The notes below the pieces were generated by a model. That model ran no database searches. It worked only from the letters and a program-made list of their open reading frames with translations, and was not told the origin of the DNA. A stretch of 64,000 nt of DNA from a virus. Below, piece by piece: positions 57,438 to 64,000 of the stretch; positions within the stretch are counted from its first letter, which is position 1, and each line of letters begins with the position of its first letter. The stretch covers positions 95,619-159,618 of the IMG/VR virus record IMGVR_UViG_3300025849_000010. One strand, written 5' to 3'. The position numbers and the translations under genes are program-made.

Positions 57438-58071
57438 GTATCCAATCTTTGTTAAAGTTAATGACACGCTTCATGCCCCAACTTTCTAATAGTTGTACAG
57501 CAGGAAGCGTTTCTCTATCTTCCTGATATTCGTGATTTTGTTGTTCAACAATCATCATAGGACGATTACGTAGTATAGTTTCTTTTGCTCCATTAAGGAT
57601 CGGAACTTCATATCCTTCGCAATCAACTTTAATTAAATCAACTTCGTTAAATACAAAACTATCAAGAGTACGCATAGGAGTTTTGCCCTTACCGAAACTG
57701 TTAGGATTAACGTGACTATGTCCAGTATTATCAGGAGTAATAATCATATCAATTTCACTTTCAACTTCGCCTAGTGCAACAGGGTGTAGTGTATAATTGT
57801 CATGCTTCGTATTTTTAAACAAGCAATCTTGAAAGTCATTTACAGGTTCAAACGAATGTACATGATCAAAATCTTTTACAAGATCCATAGTCCATAAACC
57901 TACATTAGCACCTATGTCTAGAGCAAGTCGTTTAGATTCTAATAAGCTAATTGCGTGGTCTCTTACACGATGTTGATAGCGTACACAGTTATCTTTTTTA
58001 AGACTTTTGTCTAGCATACGTTGAAAATGAGTTTCTACATCAGGGAGAAATATTCCTAAGTGTTCTATCAT
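57427..58071 (-). CDS. FkbM-family SAM-dependent methyltransferase
   Basis: ALDIGANVG, SFEP, LDSF..VDLIKVDCEGYE..GAKETI. Confidence 0.9.
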   Translation of the reverse strand: MIEHLGIFLPDVETHFQRMLDKSLKKDNCVRYQHRVRDHAISLLESKRLALDIGANVGLWTMDLVKDFDHVHSFEPVNDFQDCLFKNTKHDNYTLHPVALGEVESEIDMIITPDNTGHSHVNPNSFGKGKTPMRTLDSFVFNEVDLIKVDCEGYEVPILNGAKETILRNRPMMIVEQQNHEYQEDRETLPAVQLLESWGMKRVINFNKDWILTW

Positions 58072-58904
58072 TTCCAGTAATCCTCTGTTCTAGTAACCAT
58101 AATATCTTTCTTATCAGACTTGCCTTTGTCTTTACGTCCGCCTTTCATATGGTCAATCCATTTTCCTAACGGTCCGTTAATCAAAGGATGTCCGCCACCG
58201 CCCGACTTTGCTTCTCTAAGATACATGTCTGCACTATAGTCATGTGATGGAAATTCTTTATACTTCTTTAGTAGCTCGCCAAACACATAACTGTCGTGCC
58301 ATTCGTCGAGTGTAAAGATACCGTTCTCTGCATCTTCGTACATACGTTCAAAGTCTTCTAAGAAGCTGTGGCACACAGGATGATTTAAGTTCATACCATA
58401 GAAGCCGCACTCAGGCCAAGTCTGTGATCCTTTGCCTCTGCCTACATATGTAATGTAAGCATTGTCAGGTAACAGCTCACTAAACTGTTCGTAACTCCAA
58501 TCACTGTGTACAAACGTATCTGCATCCATCCATACACACCAACCCTTAGAGCGTGTACAAGCGTCATATACTGCGTATGTTTTATTAGCAAATCTAACAG
58601 CATCCCACTTGAATTCTTTCATCCAATCGCGACGTGTGTGACGCTGTGGTTCATTACTAACATCGCCATTAGCTTTAGGAACATTGCCCCACTTTTCTTT
58701 AAATGCATTTAGTTTAGGTAACGCTTGTTTTGCGTCAATGATTTCAATGCGATCTGGATCAGGGTTATTAGGTTTACAATCTTCTGCATATACCAACAAC
58801 TTAATACGCTTGTCTACCCTTGCTGCAAAACTGTCTAAAAATCTTTGTCCGTATTTTGTTAATCCTGCTGGGTGAAAAGTTGTAACCACAGTTATTGCTG
58901 GCAT
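58068..58904 (-). CDS. Nucleotide-diphospho-sugar transferase (GT-A)
   Basis: VVTTF, RFANKTYA, VWMDADT (DxD), ECGF, EWHDSYVF, DHMKG; start MPAIT at 58904 with SD AAGGA. Confidence 0.75.
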   Translation of the reverse strand: MPAITVVTTFHPAGLTKYGQRFLDSFAARVDKRIKLLVYAEDCKPNNPDPDRIEIIDAKQALPKLNAFKEKWGNVPKANGDVSNEPQRHTRRDWMKEFKWDAVRFANKTYAVYDACTRSKGWCVWMDADTFVHSDWSYEQFSELLPDNAYITYVGRGKGSQTWPECGFYGMNLNHPVCHSFLEDFERMYEDAENGIFTLDEWHDSYVFGELLKKYKEFPSHDYSADMYLREAKSGGGGHPLINGPLGKWIDHMKGGRKDKGKSDKKDIMVTRTEDYWK

Positions 58905-58913
58905 GTTAAATCC

Positions 58914-58944
58914 TTTGTTAAATATAGTATAGGTATTTAACAAA
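58914..58944. promoter_or_regulatory. 11-bp perfect inverted repeat containing face-to-face GTTAAATA motifs between divergent GT genes
   Basis: tttgttaaata (58914-58924), 9-nt spacer, tatttaacaaa (58934-58944). Confidence 0.55.
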
Positions 58945-59783
58945 TGAAATTTAGTTTATGGACAAATTATGGCGCACTTAATAGCAGACCGGTGTTTGAT
59001 GCTTTTGCAAATAGTATTATGGATGCTGGGCATACTGTTAGTTACAATGATAACACTGCCGACATTGATGTTATTTGGAGTGTGCTTTTCCACGGCCGCA
59101 TGGCTAGAAACAAAACTATCTGGTGCAACAAAAAGCCTACTATAGTTCTCGAAGTAGGCGGCATACAACGTGGCACAACTTGGAAGGTAGGACTCAATGG
59201 AATTAATAGAGATGCTTATTTTGGTCCCGTGGGGAATAGCAGTAACCGTGCTAATCTTCTTGGACTTGTTTTAAAACCTTGGCAAACAGACAGTGAATAT
59301 ATTCTTATATGTGGACAACACGATAAGAGTTTACAGTGGCAAGGCATGCCAAGTATGAGCGATTGGTTTATGCAAACTTACAGAGAAATCCGCAAGCATA
59401 CTGATCGTCCGATAATATTTAGACCGCATCCGCGATGTCAGCTACCACATATTATAGAACTAGGACTAAAAAATGTTTACAGACAAAATCCTATAAAGAT
59501 AGACGGCTCGTACGATGACTTTGACATGCAGTTTGACCGTGTACACGCTACTGTAAGCTGGAGTAGCAATCCAGGTATACACAGTGTACTCAACGGCGTT
59601 CCAGCGTTTGTAGGGCCCAGCTCGTTGGCGTATGACGTATCTATAAAGACACTTGCCAACATAGACAATCCTCCAGTAGTAGACAGACAGCAATGGCTTA
59701 ATGACTACGCACACACTGAATGGACTGTTGAAGAAATTTCTCAAGGAATACCTTTAAAACGCTTGACATCTAAACTGTTTTAG
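58944..59783 (+). CDS. Capsule-synthesis-like glycosyltransferase paralog 3
   Basis: LEVG, ILICGQ..D.S, RPIIFRPHP, SWSSNPGIHSVLNGVPAF, RQQWLNDYAHTEW..EI..G. Confidence 0.55.
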   Translation: MKFSLWTNYGALNSRPVFDAFANSIMDAGHTVSYNDNTADIDVIWSVLFHGRMARNKTIWCNKKPTIVLEVGGIQRGTTWKVGLNGINRDAYFGPVGNSSNRANLLGLVLKPWQTDSEYILICGQHDKSLQWQGMPSMSDWFMQTYREIRKHTDRPIIFRPHPRCQLPHIIELGLKNVYRQNPIKIDGSYDDFDMQFDRVHATVSWSSNPGIHSVLNGVPAFVGPSSLAYDVSIKTLANIDNPPVVDRQQWLNDYAHTEWTVEEISQGIPLKRLTSKLF

Positions 59784-59791
59784 TATATAAT
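59763..59791 (+). promoter_or_regulatory. Consensus sigma70 promoter TTGACA-17-TATAAT
   Basis: ttgaca 59763-59768 and tataat 59786-59791, upstream of SD AAGGAG. Confidence 0.8.
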
Positions 59792-59818
59792 AGTAATATT
59801 ACTAAAGGAGCATTATGG

Positions 59819-61003
59819 ATGTTAAACGTTACTGTAGAAGATTGTTTAGAACTTCTAACTGGTTTAAATAAAATAGAAAACTATAAATTTGAACTAGAAA
59901 GCTCTGACTACAATATTCTAACCAGTGTTGCTAGGCAAGTATTCAAAGGTGTTGCGCTGACTGATAGACAGTATGACATGTTAGCACAAAAGTTAGAGAA
60001 ATATACTACACAGTTCGAAGCTCAAGGTATTGATTTGACAAACGTATTAGAACGTAAAATTTTAAGAAATCCTTTTAGAGAAGTTGACCGAACACAGCGC
60101 ATTTATATAGATAACAAACTTATTGTTGCACAATTTCCCTTTAACAAGAAACTTATTTCTAAAATACAAAAACTTCGTGACGATGCTGACGGCCAAATTA
60201 CCAATAATGAAAATAAATGGAAGTTTGAACTATCAGAAGGAAACGTGTTGCTTATAGGAAAAACTTTAGACAAGTTTGAATTTTCAAATGAGTTTCAAGA
60301 GTTATTTGACCAAGTTAGTAGTTTTGTATACGAAGAACACGTTCCTGGAATATACAAAGAAGACAATCAGTATGTATTAAAGAATGTGCATCCAGACGCA
60401 ATAAAAAATGTTACAACTGATTGCGGTCCTATTGATTCAAATGTTTTAAAGTATGTTGATCGCAGAAATCAATATGGCATTGTACACTGTGATGTAGAAT
60501 CTACTCTTGACACTTTAGAAGAAAAAATAGCATATAGAAAGACGTCATCAGTTTATATTCCAGATGACTATAGTATAGACGAACTTGTTGACTCTATCGA
60601 AACGCTAGGCAGATATCCTGTATTAGTTGTAGCAGACGAGACTAATTTAATTCACTTGTATGAATATTACAATAGCTTTTCAAGATATGTACCTAACAAT
60701 AAACAGTCGGTGATGTTTCGTCTTTCTAACGAAACGCAAACAGAACGAAACTTTAACCAGTGGGTTAAAGATAACAAATTAAACAATTGGGTTGACAACA
60801 CTACTAAAATAGTGTATATTAATGCTAGTAAAGTTCCTAAACCGGTACTAAAGAATTATGACCCTCAGTGTTTACTTAATTTGTCTACTAGTATTAGGAC
60901 ATATGGAATTAAACAATTATGGTTAGAACACATTAGCGATTTAAGAATATTTTATGCAACCAAGCCTTTGGCTATGAGAAATATGGACACTATTACTAAA
61001 TGA
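59819..61003 (+). CDS. Hypothetical protein (394 aa) upstream of the helicase
   Basis: Long ORF with an SD; ATGA overlap with uvsW. Confidence 0.7.
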   Translation: MLNVTVEDCLELLTGLNKIENYKFELESSDYNILTSVARQVFKGVALTDRQYDMLAQKLEKYTTQFEAQGIDLTNVLERKILRNPFREVDRTQRIYIDNKLIVAQFPFNKKLISKIQKLRDDADGQITNNENKWKFELSEGNVLLIGKTLDKFEFSNEFQELFDQVSSFVYEEHVPGIYKEDNQYVLKNVHPDAIKNVTTDCGPIDSNVLKYVDRRNQYGIVHCDVESTLDTLEEKIAYRKTSSVYIPDDYSIDELVDSIETLGRYPVLVVADETNLIHLYEYYNSFSRYVPNNKQSVMFRLSNETQTERNFNQWVKDNKLNNWVDNTTKIVYINASKVPKPVLKNYDPQCLLNLSTSIRTYGIKQLWLEHISDLRIFYATKPLAMRNMDTITK

Positions 61004-62463
61004 GTACCTGCAAACTAATTATTGAAGATGAAGTAAACATTAAGATTGAAGGTCTAGAAGTAGATGTTCGTCGACAACTTGCTAATGCTCTTAAGTTTGA
61101 AGTGCCGTATGCAAAGCATATGCCGCAGTATAAACTAGGACGCTGGGATGGTAAAGTTGCTTTCTTTGGTATTGGCGGCAGCGGATATGTTAATCACCTT
61201 GATGTAGTACAGCAAGTACTTGCAAAGAATCGAGTACAAATTGTTGACATTGAAGACAGACGCCATCCAATACAATTTAACTTTACTCCAGTTACAGAAC
61301 GTTACTGGGCAGACCAAGGTGTTTGTTGGCCAGACGGTCATCCTGTAGCAGGTACAGAAATCATTCTACGTGACTATCAAGTAGAAGCAATTAATAACTT
61401 TCTACAAAACCCACAGAGCTTGCAACAGATTGCTACTGGTGCAGGTAAGACAATTACAACAGCAACGCTGTCACACATAACTGAACCCTACGGTCGTAGT
61501 CTTGTTATTGTTCCTAACAAATCACTTGTTGAACAAACAGAAGAAGACTATATTAACTGTGGGCTCGATGTAGGGGTGTACTTCGGCGACAGAAAGAACT
61601 TAGGTAAGACTCACACAATATGCACTTGGCAGAGTTTAAACATTCTAGACAAGAAGCACAAGGACGGTTCAGCAGTGTTATCACTTGCAGAGTTCCTAGA
61701 AGGTGTAAGCACTATTATTGTTGACGAAGTACACCAAGCCAAAGCAGAAGTTCTTAAGAACCTGCTCACTCGCAACCTACGTAATGCACCCATTCGTTGG
61801 GGACTAACTGGCACAGTGCCCAAAGAGAAGTTTGAATTTGAAAGTATTCATGCTAGCTTGGGTCCTGTTATTGGACAGATTAGTGCTAAGGAATTACAAG
61901 ACAAAGGTGTGCTATCACAGTGTCATGTTAATATTGTACAATTAATTGATACTGTATCACACGCCGGCTATCAAGAAGAATTAAAATATCTTGTAACTAA
62001 TACTGACAGGATTGAATACTTAGGCAAACTATTAAACAACGTAAAAGAATCAGGCAACACACTTATACTCGTAGATAGAATCAGCGCAGGACAAATGCTT
62101 GCTGAACTAATACCTAACAGCACGTTTATTAGCGGTGCTGTCAAAGTTAAAGACAGGAAGGAAACATATGATACAATTCGCGAAGGAACTAATGAAGTCA
62201 TTATCGCAACCTACGGGGTCGCTGCGGTGGGACTTAATATACCTCGTATTTTTAACTTGGTGCTTTTGGAGCCTGGCAAATCATTTGTAAGGGTAATTCA
62301 AAGTATTGGACGCGGCGTAAGAATAGCAAAAGACAAAGACTTCGTGCAAATATGGGATCTTACATCAACGTGTAAGTTTGCGAAGCGACATCTAACTCAG
62401 CGTAAGAAATTTTACAAAGAAGCAGAATATCCCTTTACAATTGAAAAGGTAGATTGGAACTAA
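61000..62463 (+). CDS. uvsW: SF2 DNA helicase, UvsW-like
   Basis: LRDYQ, ATGAGKT, DEVH, GLTGT, QSIGRGVR. Confidence 0.88.
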   Translation: MSTCKLIIEDEVNIKIEGLEVDVRRQLANALKFEVPYAKHMPQYKLGRWDGKVAFFGIGGSGYVNHLDVVQQVLAKNRVQIVDIEDRRHPIQFNFTPVTERYWADQGVCWPDGHPVAGTEIILRDYQVEAINNFLQNPQSLQQIATGAGKTITTATLSHITEPYGRSLVIVPNKSLVEQTEEDYINCGLDVGVYFGDRKNLGKTHTICTWQSLNILDKKHKDGSAVLSLAEFLEGVSTIIVDEVHQAKAEVLKNLLTRNLRNAPIRWGLTGTVPKEKFEFESIHASLGPVIGQISAKELQDKGVLSQCHVNIVQLIDTVSHAGYQEELKYLVTNTDRIEYLGKLLNNVKESGNTLILVDRISAGQMLAELIPNSTFISGAVKVKDRKETYDTIREGTNEVIIATYGVAAVGLNIPRIFNLVLLEPGKSFVRVIQSIGRGVRIAKDKDFVQIWDLTSTCKFAKRHLTQRKKFYKEAEYPFTIEKVDWN

Positions 62464-62970
62464 ATGCAAATATTAACATTAGAAAACACAACATACAATT
62501 TAAACAATCTTCCAGATAAAATTAACGATGACATACGGTTTGCTGTTTTAGATAACAATGTACCTGCAGAATCAGACTTTTACTGGATACCATTAATATT
62601 TTTGGAATCGTTTAATAGCCCGGCCATTGTGCTAAACATAGGCGGTACAGAAATAACAATGCCAATTGATTGGAACATAGTTGTTGGTTGTCAAGAAAGT
62701 GGCACCGACTTAGAAGTTATTCCACTAACAAGTGTAGCAGACAGAGGCTTTGATGTATTCCTCTTTAATCCACATACATCATTCGTAGCTCAGTGGGGAA
62801 GCCTTGAAGTAACAAACTTTTACAATGATGTGAAATGGTTCTTTCCTAAAATGAAAAATAATCAAATGCTAGCTGTTCCGCTAGAAGAAGGCAGTAATCC
62901 AATGTGTGCATTCTTCTGCAAAGACGTTAGTAGATCCAGCGAGCTAATAGATTTTGGAAACTTACTATGA
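62464..62970 (+). CDS. Hypothetical protein (168 aa), beta-rich
   Basis: Abuts the uvsW stop; ATGA overlap with the next gene. Confidence 0.65.
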   Translation: MQILTLENTTYNLNNLPDKINDDIRFAVLDNNVPAESDFYWIPLIFLESFNSPAIVLNIGGTEITMPIDWNIVVGCQESGTDLEVIPLTSVADRGFDVFLFNPHTSFVAQWGSLEVTNFYNDVKWFFPKMKNNQMLAVPLEEGSNPMCAFFCKDVSRSSELIDFGNLL

Positions 62971-63542
62971 CATTATACAGTAAAGACTATACAAATCAAC
63001 TTAAACAGTTGCACGAAAAGAAACAATCATTTGGCAGCCGAACCGGACTAGGCGACATTCAACAATGGATTGAAAAGTATAATCCGGAGACCTTTTTAGA
63101 CTACGGATGCGGCAAAGGCGGACTAGTTAACACACTCAACGACATGATTCCAAATAGTTGTGTTGGTTATGATCCGGGCAATGCCGAGTACGCTGCTGAG
63201 CCGCCAGGTCCTGCAGAGATGCTTATTAGTACTGATGTACTAGAACATATCGAGCCCGAGTATATCGATGCTGTGTTACAACACATAGATAAACACTTTA
63301 CTCGAGTAGCGTACTTGCTGATTGCAACTTGTCCTGCAAAGAAAAGTTTACCTGATGGCCGCAACGCACACTTAATTCAAGAAGAGCCAGACTGGTGGCG
63401 CCCCCTACTACTAAAAAATATTAATGCAAAGATTGTAGACGAAAAGTATAAACTAGGTACTTGGACTAATAAGAAGACTGGACAAGACCATCCAAACAAC
63501 AAGTTTATCGTAGTATTAGAAAAGAGTAGCAATGGGAATTAA
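62967..63542 (+). CDS. Class I SAM-dependent methyltransferase
   Basis: FLDYGCGKG, GYDP, STDVLEHI, NAHLI. Confidence 0.85.
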   Translation: MTLYSKDYTNQLKQLHEKKQSFGSRTGLGDIQQWIEKYNPETFLDYGCGKGGLVNTLNDMIPNSCVGYDPGNAEYAAEPPGPAEMLISTDVLEHIEPEYIDAVLQHIDKHFTRVAYLLIATCPAKKSLPDGRNAHLIQEEPDWWRPLLLKNINAKIVDEKYKLGTWTNKKTGQDHPNNKFIVVLEKSSNGN

Positions 63543-63897
63543 GGCAGGAAAAATTTGGGGTTCAACGGAACTGATCCACGCTAACGGTGTACTAGAGTTT
63601 CATCGTATTGAATATAAAGCAGGATATAAATGTTCAGAACACGAACACGAATTTAAATGGAATGGATTTTTTGTTGAATCGGGCAAGATGATTGTTCGAG
63701 TTTGGCAAGATGATCAAGGACTAGTTGACGAGACTATTCTTGAAGCAGGCGACTTTACACAAGTAAAGCCCGGCAAGATCCATCAGTTTGAAGGTTTAGA
63801 AGACGGTGTCGCTTTTGAACTATACTGGGCGGAATTTAATCACGATGACATTGTTCGTCGTACAAGCGGCACAGAAGTAGAAAGTAAAAAGAAATGA
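63532..63897 (+). CDS. Cupin protein (sugar isomerase-like)
   Basis: KIWG, CSEHEH..K.NGFFVESG, VKPGKIHQF. Confidence 0.75.
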   Translation: MGIKAGKIWGSTELIHANGVLEFHRIEYKAGYKCSEHEHEFKWNGFFVESGKMIVRVWQDDQGLVDETILEAGDFTQVKPGKIHQFEGLEDGVAFELYWAEFNHDDIVRRTSGTEVESKKK

Positions 63898-64000
63898 AAG
63901 AATATTTTAATTTTAACGGCGTAGCAAAGCGTCAAGAGTTTTGGGCAGTGCATATTGTCTCAATTCTAGTACTGATTGTTGCTATGGCAATGCTAGAAGG
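63894..64000 (+). CDS. DUF805-like membrane protein, 3'-truncated
   Basis: MKEYFNFNGVAKRQEFW followed by a hydrophobic stretch; not in the ORF track. Confidence 0.55.
   Translation, partial: MKEYFNFNGVAKRQEFWAVHIVSILVLIVAMAMLE

Noticed and set aside
60792-60820. TTGACA-17-TATATT inside the 394-aa ORF as an internal promoter for uvsW
   Set aside because: Plausible, but the -10 is imperfect and it lies in AT-rich coding sequence, so it was not called as a feature
1-64000. Assigning the host, e.g. a cyanobacterium because of the phycobiliprotein-like repeats
   Set aside because: No photosynthesis or other host-diagnostic genes in this window; sigma70-type promoters fit many bacteria

Overview
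This window is part of a large, AT-rich T4-like (contractile-tailed) bacteriophage genome. It holds giant tail-fibre/virion genes (1-14479, 31345-37537), neck/tail genes (gp15, gp14, gp13, gp18, gp19, gp4), packaging genes (gp16-like, gp17), replication/recombination genes (gp32, UvsX, UvsY, UvsW) and a glycosyltransferase/methyltransferase island. The standout is a ~13.5 kb RiPP-like locus (14483-28014) inserted between the 3920-aa tail fibre and the neck genes. It has two paralogous ~125-aa proteins ending in RICHxSCHYSCHGSRGRR, nine radical-SAM genes (five are tandem paralogs with atypical GCxxxCxGCF and GPTD motifs; four are SPASM-type), two Fe(II)/2OG-type oxygenases and three unknown ORFs, in two convergent arms. 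My inference is a phage-encoded system that post-translationally modifies small virion-associated proteins. Other signals: seven phycobiliprotein-like CxRD repeats in the giant fibre, a C39-like peptidase and a cupredoxin-like domain each with Ser at the expected Cys, and TAAATA late-promoter motifs placed so that some mRNAs would be leaderless. All family calls come from reading motifs by eye; no searches were run. I saw no CRISPR array, tRNA or rRNA.
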